Positions 35,951 through 50,700 of a stretch of DNA of 64,000 nt are shown one piece after another. The stretch is from Macrostomum lignano (taxonomy: Eukaryota). Both the position numbers and the translations under genes were made by a program. The DNA is taken from positions 1 through 64,000 of the forward strand of contig NIVC01000548.1 of NCBI GenBank assembly GCA_002269645.1, written 5' to 3'. Position 1 is the stretch's first letter, and every line of letters begins with the position of its first letter. The notes beneath the pieces are model-generated. The model did not search any database. It saw only the letters and a program-made list of their open reading frames with translations, and had not been told where the DNA came from.

Positions 35951-38900
35951 TTACTTCTGCCGTTCATTATTCTTGTCAACAGATTTCCGCGAGTCCTCAA
36001 ACTCAACAGATGCCATCAGGCTGGGCAGGTGCAGCATAAATGCCAGCCGTCTCTCATTATTTGTGTCGCGCAGCCCAGCGCTGAGCCGACACCATTGGCG
36101 TACAAATTTGTCGGCCTCGGAGTCCGGCCGATTCCAAGACTGATAGCCTCTGGCCAAGCAGAACTGCTGCCTCAGCAGGCGCTCCGCCGCCGGGTCCGAG
36201 GGTTTCGTTGGATCGGCGAATACGAAATTGGCCCGCTCCACTGCCCGGTCCTCTTCGTACAGCAGCTTGGCCAGGCGCCACAGCCTGTACTCGCGGTACA
36301 GGCGGAAGGCAGAGATGCCGCTGGCTCGGCTGAGGTGGATCTGGAATGTCCATTGAGCATGCGCTGGCTGCTGATTGGGATTGGGGTGGCCCAGCAACTG
36401 AGGATCTGGGAGGCTGGCCCAGCAACTGAGGATCTGGGAGGCTGGCCCAGCAACTGAGTATCTGGGAGGCTGACCCAGCAACTGAGGATCTGGGAGGCTG
36501 GCCCAGCAACTGGGGATCTGGGAGGCTGGCCCAGCAACTGAGGATCTGGGAGGCTGGCCCAGCAACTGAGGATCTGGGAGGCTGACCCAGCAACTGAGGA
36601 TCTGGGAGGCTGACCCAGCAACTGAGGATCTGGGAGGCTGACCCAGCAACTGAGGATCTGGGAGGCTGACCCAGCAACTGAGGATCTGGGAGGCTGGCCC
36701 GGTAACTGAGGATCTGGGAGGCTGACCCAGCAACTGAGGATCTGGGAGGCTGACCCAGCAACTGAGGATCTGAGAGGCTGACCCAGCAACTGAGGATCTG
36801 AGAGGCTGACCCAGCAACTGAGGATCTGGGAGGCTGGCCCAGCAACTGAGGATCTGGGAGGCTGGCAGCCAAGCAACTGAGGATCTGGGAGGCTGGCCCA
36901 GCAACTGAGGATCTGGGAGGCTGGCCCAGCAACTGAGGATCTGGGAGGCTGACCCAGCAACTGAGGATCTGGGAGGCTGACCCAGCAACTGAGGATCTGG
37001 GAGGCTGGCCCAGCAACTGAGGATCTGGAGAGTCCGAAAGCTCACAGCGTGCTTATAGCTGAGATAATCGAACTGCAGACAGTCGTGCTCAAACGCTTCA
37101 ACACTGCCAGCTAGGAGATCTGGCGAGTTTGGCTTTCCAGTTCGAATCTGAAATTTGAATGGCATAAGCGGATTAGGCCGACATAAGATTTCAAAATCAA
37201 TAAAGCGATATTGACTGACATTGTGCAGCAGAATTCTCAAGGCGGCGCTGTTTAGCTGTGGCTGCAAAAAAGCCAGATCGTCAATGAGATGCCTGTACTC
37301 AGACTGGCGCCTGCGCAGTTGAGCACTGCTGAACTCCAGGCGCTGCTCGGGTGTCCAGAAGTGCTCGGTCAGAAACAGACGGGGAAAGTAGAAGCTGAAA
37401 ATGAGAATGGAATTGTTGAATGATTGGAGATCATAAATCAATATCATCTCTACCTATAAAAAATGAAAACTCTGAGTGGTTTGGGAGTCCATAGCAAACA
37501 AATTTGTACACAGACACAATCAAATGGCACCAAATTTTGCACCCACCCTAAACTCACGACGGTGAATGTTTTAGGTTACCTTAATAAAATTTCCTAAATC
37601 CAAGTCTCTTCCCTTTTCTCTCTTCTCTTTCCTCTGAGAGAGGGGGGAGAGAAAAGAGAGAGTAACGAGAAGAAAGAGAAGAGAGGAGAGATAAGAGATT
37701 AGAGAAGAGAGAGGGGAGAGAAGAGAGGAGAGATAAGAGAAGAGATAGAGGAGAGAAGAGAGGTGATATTAGAGAATAGAGAAGACTGAAGAGAGAGAGA
37801 GGAGAGAAGAGAGGAGAGATTAGAGATTAGAGAAGAGAGAGGGGAGAGAACAGAGGAGAGATAAGAGATTAGAGAAGAGATAGAGGAGAGAAGAGAGGTG
37901 ATATTATAGAATAGATAAGACTGAAGAGAGAGAGGAGAGAAGAGAGGAGAGATAAGAGATTAGAGAAGAGAGAGGGGAGAGAAGAGAGGTGATATTAGAG
38001 AATAGAGAAGACTGAAGAGAGAGAGGAGAGACGAGAGGAGAGATAAGAGATTAGAGAAGAGAGAGGGGAGAGAAGAGAGGAGAGATAAGAGATTAGGGAA
38101 GAGAGAGGGGAGAGAAGAGAGGTGATATTAGAGAATAGAGAAGACTGAAGAGAGAGAGGAGAGACGAGAGGAGAGATAAGAGATTAGAGAAGAGAGAGGG
38201 GAGAGAAGAGAGGAGAGATAAGAGATTAGAGAAGAGAGAGGGGAGAGAAGAGAGGTGATATTAGAGAATAGAGAAGACTGAAGAGAGAGAGAGGAGAGAC
38301 GAGAGGAGAGATAAGAGATTAGAGAAGAGAGAGGGGAGAGAAGAGAGGAGAGATAAGAGATTAGAGAAGAGAGAGGGGAGAGAAGAGAGGTGATATTAGA
38401 GAATAGAGAAGACTGAAGAGAGAAAGGAGAGACGAGAGGAGAGATAAGAGATTAGAGAAGAGAGAGGGGAGAGAAGAGAGGAGAGATAAGAGATTAGGGA
38501 AGAGAGAGGGGAGAGAAGAGAGGTGATATTAGAGAATAGATAAGACTGAAGAGAGAGAGGAGAGACGAGAGGAGAGATAAGAGATTAGAGAAGAGAGAGG
38601 GGAGAGAAGAGAGGAGAGATAAGAGATTAGAGAAGAGAGAGGGGAGAGAAGAGAGGTGATATTAGAGAATCGAGAAGACTGAAGAGAGAGAGGAGAGACG
38701 AGAGGAGAGATAAGAGATTAGAGAAGAGAGAGGGGAGAGAAGAGAGGAGAGATAAGAGATTAGAGAAGAGAGAGGGGAGAGAAGAGAGGTGATATTAGAG
38801 AATAGAGAAGACTGAAGAGAGAGAGGAGAGACGAGAGGAGAGATAAGAGATTAGAGAAGAGAGAGGGGAGAGAACAGAGGAGAGATAAGAGATTAGAGAA

Positions 38901-40200
38901 GAGATAGAGGAGAGAAGAGAGGTGATATTATAGAATAGATAAGACTGAAGAGAGAGAGGAGAGAAGAGAGGAGAGATAAGAGATTAGAGAAGAGAGAGGG
39001 GAGAGAAGAGAGGAGAGATAAGAGATTAGAGAAGAGAGAGGGGAGAGAAGAGAGGTGATATTAGAGAATAGAGAAGACTGAAGAGAGAAAGGAGAGACGA
39101 GAGGAGAGATAAGAGATTAGAGAAGAGAGAGGGGAGAGAAGAGAGGAGAGATAAGAGATTAGAGAAGAGAGAGGGGAGAGAAGAGAGGAGAGATAAGAGA
39201 TTAGAGAAGAGAGAGGGGAGAGAAGAGAGGAGAGATAAGAGATTAGAGAAGAGAGGGGAAAGAAGAGAGGTGATATTAGAGAATAGAGAAGACTGGAGAG
39301 AGGAGAGAAGAGAGGAGAGATTAGAGATTAGAGAAGAGAGAGGGGAGAGAAGAGAGGTGATATTAGAGAATAGAGAAGACTGGAGAGAGGAGAGAACAGA
39401 GGAGAGATAAGAGATTAGAGAAGAGAGAGGGGAGAGGAGAGAGGTGATATTAGAGAATAGAGAAGACTGGAGAGAGGAGAGAACAGAGGAGAGATAAGAG
39501 ATTAGAGAAGAGAGAGGGGAGAGAAGAGAGGTGATATTAGAGAATAGAGAAGACTGAAGAGAGAGAGAGAAGACAAGATGATAGATAAGCTCAGAAAACA
39601 AAATGAGAGGAGAGACAAGTTTCAAAGGACACGGGGGATCCAATGCAATGCATGGTTTAGACAGACATTATTCTGCCCGGCAACCCAGCCGGCAGCCGCA
39701 CTATTTTTTTGAGTATGACTTCAGGTGTTGCATAGATTTTTTACATTGGCTGGCTATCAGAGACAGCCATTTTAAGTCCAAGTATGATGCGAGAATGACT
39801 TTTGAATTTAGAAATACATGCAAAACAGTTTCGGGGATTGGAATTCTGTGGGTTCAAAATCTTAACAGACTCACAGAACAGGCAGAAACAGGACGGTGCC
39901 TGGCAGCGCCGAAATACACAGTGCAGGAGTGGCCCTAACCAGCTCCTTAGGCACCAGTCTCAGTAGCGAAATCTCCCGATAGCCCAGGTGAGAATACGGA
40001 GCACCTCCTCCCGAGACGCGAGTCCACACAGTTACAAAATCTTGGAAATCGGTTACTAGGCCGCCAACGCCAGTTTGAAATGTGCGAAACAGTTTGTGGG
40101 TGCCGGGACTGCGGTCCCGCCAACGGTGCTCAACCCAGACTAGGAAGCGGCGGTACCAGGCAATGCTGGCGTCAACTCGCTTGTCCGGTAGCTCCTTCAT
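35951..40200 (-). CDS. LETMD1: LETM1 domain-containing protein 1 homologue, 3 coding exons, ~354 aa (5' end uncertain)
   Basis: Exons 40200-39875, 37394-37046, 36340-35951 with GT/AG boundaries and matching phases. Motifs YSHLGYREISLLR, FYFPRLFLTEHFWTPEQR and ARG..RQWCRLS match remembered human LETMD1 (LPYREMEHLR, FPRQLLIRHFWTPKQQ). Confidence 0.82.
36385..37030. repeat. 28-bp minisatellite (gcccagcaactgaggatctgggaggctg, ~23 copies) filling LETMD1 intron 2
   Basis: Direct inspection. Confidence 0.96.
37610..39575. repeat. Purine-rich composite repeat (~90-135-bp higher-order unit) in LETMD1 intron 1
   Basis: Built from gagaagagaggagagataagagatta / gagaagagagagggga / gagaagagaggtgatatta / gagaatagagaagactgaag modules. 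Confidence 0.96.
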
Positions 40201-40297
40201 GATCGGTTTTATGTACTACCGTACACTGACTGCTGAGCTGCAGGCGGTTCGGGTGGCATAAGTTGAAGACAAGTTGAAGGCGAGGCGAGGGTCTTAA

Positions 40298-41300
40298 CAC
40301 GATTCTCTAGGGTGAGAGTCTTGAGAACGATTCTCTAGGGCGAGAGTCTTGAGAACGATTCTCTAGGGTGAGAGTCTTGAAAACGATTCTCTAGGGTGAG
40401 AGTCTTGAGAACGATTCTCTAGGGCGAGAGTCTTAAGAACGATTCTCTAGGGTGAGAGTCTTGAGAACGATTCTCTAGGGTGTGATTCTGAGGAAGATTC
40501 TCTGGGGTGAGAGTCTGAGGAAGATTCTCTGGGGTGAGGGTCTGAGGAAGATTCTCTGGGATGAGGTTCTGAGGAAGATTCTCTGGGATGAGGGTCTGAG
40601 GAAGATTCTCTTGGGTGAGAGTCTGAGGAAGATTCTCTGGGGTGAGGGTCTGAGGAAGATTCTCTGGGGTGAGAGTCTTGAGGACGATTCTCTGGGGTGA
40701 AGGTCTGAGGAAGATTCTCTGGAGTGAAGGTCTGAGGAAGATTCTCTGGGATGTGGGCCTGAGGAAGATTCTCTGGGGCGAGGGTCTGAGGAAGATTCTC
40801 TGGGGTGAGAGTCTTGAGGACGATTCTCTGGGGTGAGAGTCTTGAGGACGATTCTCTGGGGTGAGAGTCTGAGGAAGATTCTCTGGGGTGAGAGTCTGAG
40901 GAAGATTCTCTGGGGTGAGAGTCTGAGGAAGATTCTCAGGGTTAAGGTCTGAAGACGATCCTCAGGGTTAAAGTCTGAAGACGATTCTCAAAGGTGAGTC
41001 TTAAAGGTTCTCATGATGAGAGTCTGAGGACGACTCTGGGTGAGCTTGAGAACGATTCGCAGAGGTGAGAGTCTGGGGTTTAAAGGTAAAATTCTGGGGC
41101 GATTCACAATAAGGGTCTCAGGTTTCAGGATGAGACTCTCACCTGGAGTTTGAAGAAATTCTCAGCAGGTTGATAGTCTAGTGCAATGAGTTCAGACTGA
41201 GCCTACTATTGATAAACAGGGGAGATTCTAGGAGTAACACAGGTGATTCTCAGCTAATCAGGGCGATTCTCAGCCAATTAGGGGCGATTCTCAGAGTGAA
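40298..41300. repeat. 27-28-bp gattctc-family minisatellite (gattctctggggtgagagtctgaggaa), degenerating rightwards
   Basis: Direct inspection. Confidence 0.92.
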
Positions 41301-41814
41301 ACCGGGCGCACAGCAAATAACATAATTTTCAAAGAAACCGTTAATCTTCAACCAAACAAAGCAACGCACAGTCAGACGGACAGAACAAAAGAATCAATCT
41401 TTCAATTATATTTCATATTTTGAAACGAATGTATTGTAAATAAGCATAGTCAGAGACACTGAAAAATGAACAAGAAAAATTATAGCATTGAAAATGAAAT
41501 ACAGAACTAGCCAACAAGACTTATAAATAGCAAGGGTTAATTTTTTCTTGGTTTATTACATAAACTGAACATACAAAGAACAGAACACAGCATTAACATT
41601 GAATACCGACAATTTAAGCAATAAAACAAGCAAACCAATACAATTATAAACAAATTGAAATTGAAGTAAACAAACAGAGCAAGAAAAATATTCCAAAAGG
41701 ACGATTGTTAGTGAAACAAAAGAAACATTTTTCTCTGGGCTAGTTTAAAGATTAATTGCAGTCTAGTTTAAAAACTTAACTCCCCGTAATTCTTAAGGGG
41801 AATTACGGCGATTT

Positions 41815-42535
41815 CCCAGTAACCCAGGGTAGTCTATGGGCGATTCTATTGGGTAGTTTATGGGCGATTCTGCAGGGTAGTTTATGGGCGATTCTATTGG
41901 GTAGTTTATGGGCGATTCTGCAGGGTAGTTTATGGGCGATTCTGCAGGGTAGTTTATGGGCGATTCTGCAGGGTAGTTTATTGGTGATTCTGTAGGGTAG
42001 TTTATGGGCGATTCTGCAGGGTAGTTTATGGGCGATTCTATTGGGTAGTTTATGGGCGATTCTGCAGGGTAGTTTATGGGCGATTCTATTGGGTAGTTTA
42101 TGGGCGATTCTGCAGGGTAGTTTATGGGCGATTCTATTGGGTAGTTTATGGGCGATTCTGCAGGGTAGTTTATGGGCGATTCTGCAGGGTAGTTTATGGG
42201 CGATTCTGCAGGGTAGTTTATTGGTGATTCTGTAGGGTAGTTTATGGGCGATTCTGCAGGGTAGTTTATGGGCGATTCTATTGGGTAGTTTATGGGCGAT
42301 TCTGCAGGGTAGTTTATGGGCGATTCTATTGGGTAGTTTATGGGCGATTCTGCAGGGTAGTTTATGGGCGATTCTGGAGGGTAGTTTATGGGCGATTCTG
42401 CAGGGTAGTTTATGGGCGATTCTATTGGGTAGTTTATGGGCGATTCTGCAGGGTAGTTTATGGGCGATTCTGCAGGGTAGTTTATTGGTGATTCTATTGG
42501 GTAGTTTATGGGCGATTCTGCAGGGTAGTTTATCG
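41815..42535. repeat. 24-bp minisatellite (gggtagtttatgggcgattctgca)
   Basis: About 30 units; explains ORF 41803-42657. Confidence 0.96.
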
Positions 42536-42841
42536 GAGATGATAAGCGACAGCTGAAATAGCACTTGAGAAATTACATCAAAACCCAAACACCGGCACAG
42601 CAAAACATTAAAACAGAAGATATAGCAGGATATTTGAACAAGGCTAGCGCAATGCACAAAGGCATATTTTCAAAACAAACAATCTAAAAGTACATTTAAA
42701 TATGAGGGGCGCCCACTATTTTATTGCAAATCAATGACATTCGGTACGGTACCGACGGTACCTATACCACTTCTCTAACCGCTATAATTCAAATAGTTAA
42801 GTTCTGTGGTTGAAATTTCCAACTGCATTAATTTCAAGCGT

Positions 42842-45800
42842 TCAAGCGCGACCCTTGATGTAGTTCTCTGGCATAGACACTACATGCCTACCCTCCGCAT
42901 AGATGTTCAATAGTCGGCCACTATTAGGGATGACATTGTACTGCAGAGCCAGTGTCACATTGGGATTGCCGCGCAGACCAAATCCATCGTCCCAGAAATA
43001 ATACTTGGGATTAACGCGGCTGTATTGCAGTCGGGCTGATTCACCTCGGCGAATAATTTTATCCCATAGAACTACCTGATTAAAGGCATTCTTTTCAGTC
43101 TTGTAATGGGCCGTGATATAGACAAATAGTTGTTTAACATTCCAGTTGAACAGGTGGTTCAGGTCAGCCTGCAGTCAGGTTATAATTAGGCAAAACGTCA
43201 ATTTGCATTTCAACCAGAAAAACTTTGACTTCTAAGAAAGCTATGACATCAAAAATATTTTATAGACAAACTAAGTAGAAACTATCTTCCATTTATTTTT
43301 TATCTATGGCTGCCAGAACAACTGAGAAACAAGTTCTAAGTTGTTTTGCTATAAACAAAGTAATAAATGGGGCATATAATATTTCCCCCCCACTTGGCCT
43401 AGTCTTACTGGTCAAAGTGAGAATCTGCCTCTCAACAAGTTTCTGGTTGTGCCACAAGTTTACCTAATTTAATGCATTCTTAGAAAGCCTGATTCTACTG
43501 TACAGTCAACCCTATCAATGTACATTTATAACCATATTTTTGGCCAGCTTCACTACCCCACTCTCTTTTGCTATTAGTTCCTCTATTTCTATTCTATTCA
43601 AATTTTGAACTGATGTTCTGTCTAGTCTAGACTTTGTAAACAGCCACTCACAGTTGTTATTAAATTGACAATTGAGAAAAGGAATAGAAATTCCCCATTT
43701 TAAGTGCACACAAAATTTGTAGACCAAATAATGAAGTTACTATATAGGTTTCCAGAGCCACCCTAGGCCAGATTTTAATAATAAAGATAAAGGAAGTTTG
43801 TGGGCCACATGGAAAGTCTTTGTGGGCTAGATCTGTCATATAGGCTAGAGGTAACCTTTGGTATAAATGCTACTTGTGATTGTGAAAGGTCTTGGCTGCA
43901 TCTTGCCTTAGTCTATGGGCCTTAATATAAGTTGCAAGTAAATAAAATACATTAGGCTCATTCCATATAAGCATGGTCATAACATGACAGGCTATTTTTA
44001 CTTATAAAATGAAATATAATAATAGAATATACTAAACCAATATTTTAAATGAAAGATAATTTTGTCAAAAATATTTTTATAGAGTTTCATGTAGATATCA
44101 TCATTAGTATAGATGCTATTAAACCTTGAATGGCACTTATGGTCGTAACAACAGGATTTTTGACATATAGAAACTAAAAGGTAAAAGTCTTATAACATTT
44201 TTATTTTTGATATTTTGCAATACATTTTTTTAAATTTGACTAAGAACATATTTAGTAATCATACTCTTTTTGTAGAATATATAAACTCAAAAAGGCAACA
44301 AAGATACAAAAGAAAAGGCAGCCTTATGGTCGTAACATTATGGTTGTAACATATTTTTTTCTGTCAATTCAGTAACTTTGAGGTACCAATATATTAAAAA
44401 TATAATAGATTATTTGGTCACCAATACTTTTATCTAATGATGCAAGTACTATACTTTTATCTATAGTTTGTTTCAACCTTCCAAAGCTTTCTATTTGTTT
44501 TTAAAAGGTACACAAACTTAATGATGTCTTTTGCTTAGAAAAATGTCTAAATTTTTACAAAAATGACTTTTTGCCACTTGATAGCATACTAATCTAACAT
44601 TTTATCATTCATTTATTCTTAGATTGTAGATATTACACATAAAAAACATTTGGTAAAAAAATTGGCTGATAAGGCAATGGCAAGCAAAAATATTGACTTT
44701 TTTCTATTTTCTAAAAATGTCCATCTTATATGGAATGAGCCATTATTAATTCTTATTTTGGGTAACTCTGTATCATTTTTCTTGGCTTTTGCAATCTTCG
44801 GCTCATACACGAAGACAAAGTGTAGCCAAGGTCCTTTGTAGCTAACATATAAAAGATTATATATGGATCCAAGTTAAATATTTTTATGGTTGAGGCATCA
44901 ATATTGCTAGAATTAGTGGGACTCTTAGGACTTTTTATTTTATTAATTTAAAATTTTGAGTCCAAAACAGTCTATACACTTGCAACTTCTATCTGTAGAC
45001 AGAAATATTTGTATTTGGTATTTGATTGTGAATTTTCGGACTAATGCTAGCCAGTATCTTGTTTTTTATTTGGTACTCTTAATTTATACTAACCTAACCT
45101 TAGTAGCTAACCTTATAGCTTAAGGCTACCTACTTTATCACCATGTATATATAACCTATAAAACCTTGGCTAATGGCTGTTATGATAAATGCCAAGTCAT
45201 GTTTGTGAGCGAGTGAGAAAACTCTTAGACCCAGACACTGGGTAAACACCAATATATATTGTTGAGAACTTCACTGTATATAGAAGGGGTAGGGGCCAGT
45301 GTACACAGATGTACACAAAATTGTGAGAGTAAATATTAGTGCACACAAGCCACACACAACAATGGCTATCTAATATAGGCTTTGATTTGACTAAAATCTG
45401 AATTAGTTTTGTAATCAACTTGAATCCTTAATCTTTTACTTTATACTCTTATTATTTGTTTTACTTTTTACTTTTGCTTTTGTTGTAAAATGTTTTTTTA
45501 CCCTTGGATTGCTAGTTTATGTAGTGTACAGTCATTTTGTCTATCACCTTTTTGTCTACTAGTAGACAAAACAACTTTTTAAAAATAAAAAGTAAAATAT
45601 AGCTATATAAATTGTAAAGCTATTTATAATAAGATATTAAAGTTATGCAAAGAATTATTATGGGATATATATTTTGCATGTGTAATATTGTTTAATGCAA
45701 TATTTCAAAGAAATCTTTTATTCAATTAAATTTGAACATCTGTTTGAAAGTTTTGTGACAGTGTTTATTATTAGTAAATCAGAAGGCAGAATAGTTTGCA

Positions 45801-47046
45801 GTTGAATATGATTGTGAGCATTGTTATGACCCCTGGCCCTATCTTGATCCAATGATGATAATGCATTTGCTTTCCTGTTGCAAAGTTTATATAAACTTAG
45901 CTTTAAATTATAGACTAACATTATATTTTATATTTTGTTGGTAGATAAAATGACTGTATCATTTTTTGCAGATAAAAGAATAGCAATTAAACTAATAGCA
46001 AATGAAACAATTGTCAACAGGGGCGGACCGAGGGGGGGGCCAAGGGGGCCATGGTCCCCCCTCAGCTCTGCCAAAAAATCCTTAGATGTATTGGTATCAT
46101 GCTGTATTGGTATCATATGGTACCCTAATTGCAGCTCTGGCCTGACCAGACGTGAGGCTTGCCCCCCCCCCTCAATAAAATCCTGGGTCCGCCCCTGATT
46201 GTCAACTGTTTATGCTAGCTGGATTGGCTATTGGCTAATAATAAAAAATCTCTATTGAAATATTTATTTCTACAAACAGACACAAATTTAAAGCAATCAA
46301 TAGCAATATTAGCAATTAAACAAATTTAAGCTAGTTTATTCTCTATAATAATCTATAAACTACTTTTAAAATACAACTTCAACTTGCTAAAAATTTAGAT
46401 TTTATCTATTAGATATAAAAACATACAACCCAAGAAAGCAATTTGAAATACCAACTAAAGTTAAAACCTAAATATTAAAAGCAATATGCCAATAGACCTA
46501 ACAATTTTTACATTTAAAAATTAAAAGGGAATTAATTTATTGACAAATTGAAAATTCTTGTCTTCTTTATAAAATTGTTTTAATGAAAATTTGCATTCTT
46601 GTTTATATAACGACAATGTACTAGGCCCTACTTCATATTTATTTTTAACAAGAATATATTCAATAGGGATATAAAACTATTATTATTAGCTATTGCCTTT
46701 TATATTGCCTTTCATATTATTATGCATAGATATTAATAGGACCCATAGATACTAATATGCTAAAATATAATGTGATATATAACAGAAAACATAAAATAAA
46801 TAGTAGGAAATAAAACATTTAAAACCAACTCACATCAATATTTAAAGTCATATGGCCAAGGTCATTAATTTCATGTCCAATCATGTAGTCGGGTGCCTGT
46901 CGAACTAACACGCTAGGAGTATCAAGCTTCGCTATAGAATGATGTGTATGATGAACTGTGGATAGAAAACAACAAAATGTCAATCCAGCCAAAACTGTCA
47001 TAGTCATAGCAAAAAGTGAGTTCAAGCGGCTTAAGAATGTATTCAT
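42842..47046 (-). CDS. SPCS3: Signal peptidase complex subunit 3 (SPC22/23), 2 coding exons, 179 aa
   Basis: Exon 1 47046-46834 (MNTFLSRLNSLFA...LNID|GTGAGT). Exon 2 43168-42842 (cag|ADLNHLFNWNVKQLFVYITAHYKT..NQVVLWDKII..KYYFWDDG..), which is absent from the ORF track. Confidence 0.95.
46018..46197. mobile_element. hAT-type MITE (180 bp) in the SPCS3 intron
   Basis: Perfect 12-bp TIR caggggcggacc and perfect 8-bp target duplication attgtcaa (46010-46017, 46198-46205). Confidence 0.9.
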
Positions 47047-48537
47047 TTCGTCGACTTAACAGATGAAAATAAAGCTTCTGTTTAAACTTGAGATGCGATC
47101 GTGCTCTGATTGTAGTTTAATTTAATTCGGATTGAGAAAACTAAACTATTTAAAAAACAAACGACAATTCGCGAATTCTCAATGCTTAACATTAACAATA
47201 TCTTAGAAATTAAAATTACAACGCACTTCAAATTCGTGCTATTTCGCGTGTACGAATATTAAGAGTCGTTTTTCGTTTATGGGGCTTTTCACATTACCGA
47301 CTCCAGAACCAGAATCGGTTCGGATTTCCAAGAAAAATAGCAGCATAACTATTAAAGTTTGTTGAATGTTTGACTGCCCTAACAGCCTCACTTTGCACAA
47401 TTTTTCACTTTCTTCTTGGCTATTGCCATTCAATAATCACAATTTTAAAGCACTAATATCCCAGCTCTAGTTTAGGAGACAAAAGGTATCTAACAGGCTA
47501 TTTAAAATTTAAAGAGGCATCATTCAGAGTGACGAAAGACTGTCTAACACCAGAGACAAACAGATCACAAAATTCACTGTTTTGGAGTGTAAACACTACA
47601 TGTAGTATAATCTACATCACCTTTAGATTGTAGCATACATTGCAAGCATACATAAACAACGTACGAACGGGGTGAATGAACATATGGCAATTTTGATGAG
47701 TAATGACAGCTAGTTCCTTTTTGTACAGTTCAAGAATACTCAGAAGCAACGGCTCGATGCCACACGCACGCCTGGACCACTCCACGCTGACTTCGGAGTC
47801 CAAAATACTCGCCAGTTGCCCCTCCACCACCAAAAAACAAGGAGCCTTATCGGCGCGCCTGGGCTTGCCGGCCAAGTCTGTATTTGGCGTTTGCAGCTGA
47901 CCGAATGATCTATTGCAGAGCTTACTGCAATGACAATTCACTCTTATGATACATGTAATTGGGCACGTGCACAGATGCAATAGCCCACGAATTTTTGTTG
48001 ACAGTACAGTAGAACGCGTTTTGGCCTTTGTCATAGCTATATTTTGTTGCTTAATTGTTATGCGAATACAAGCCGCTACTTTTAATTGTCAAACTAATTA
48101 CTTTTAAATAACTTGCTGCACCGATTTTACCCGCTAAAAACTTTATCGTGACCATAATCGCTAAGGTCATAGTAAACATCCCACGAGTGACTCTAGCTAT
48201 CCTAGGCCTACGCAAGTGACTCTGGGACGTCGCTTCTTGGCCTGGGTGCCGTTTTCATCGGGATGAGTTAAAATATAAAATTCACAGCAGAACAATCACT
48301 GCTGGAAAGAAATAATGCTCTAATTTTGTCAAATCCAGACCAAATTTTGATTCCAATGCAGAATTGAAAACCAACTCAGCGTTAATAGCGAGTCACCATT
48401 AGAACTGCCGATAAATTTCAGTGTATTTTTTGCTGCTCAACAACAACTATACGCACGCGACAAAGCGAGGCCACTTTCATCATGAATCAAACAATCAATT
48501 AATCAACCGGAAATGCTACCGGATCCAATCGCTGGAT

Positions 48538-50314
<1,777 letters not shown>

Positions 50315-50700
50315 CTAGTAAATAGAAGTCCATCTACTTAGACACTAACTAGTAAATAGAAGTATATCTACTTAGACACTAACTAGTAAATAGAAGTCCA
50401 TCTACTTAGACACTAACTAGTAAATAGAAGTATATCTACTTAGACACTAACTAGTAAATAGAAGTATATCCTTAGTAAGATGCCCAACTAGTAAATAGAA
50501 GTCTATCCCTAGTAAGACGCCAACTAGTAAATAGAAGTCTATCCCTAGTAAGACGCCCAACTAGTAAATAGAAGTCTATCCCTAGTAAGAGACCCGACTA
50601 GTAAATAGAAGTCTATCCCTAGTAAGACACCAACTATTAAATAGAAGTATATCCCTAGTAAGACACCAACTAGTAATTAGAAGTATATCCCTAGTAAGAC
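50315..50700. repeat. 34-37-bp minisatellite (actagtaaatagaagt..) upstream of the RPS9 ATG
   Basis: About 11 units in two sub-types. Confidence 0.92.

Noticed and set aside
47612-48034. 140-aa Cys/His-containing ORF between SPCS3 and RPS9
   Set aside because: No recognisable domain or splice context; left unassigned pending a homology search.
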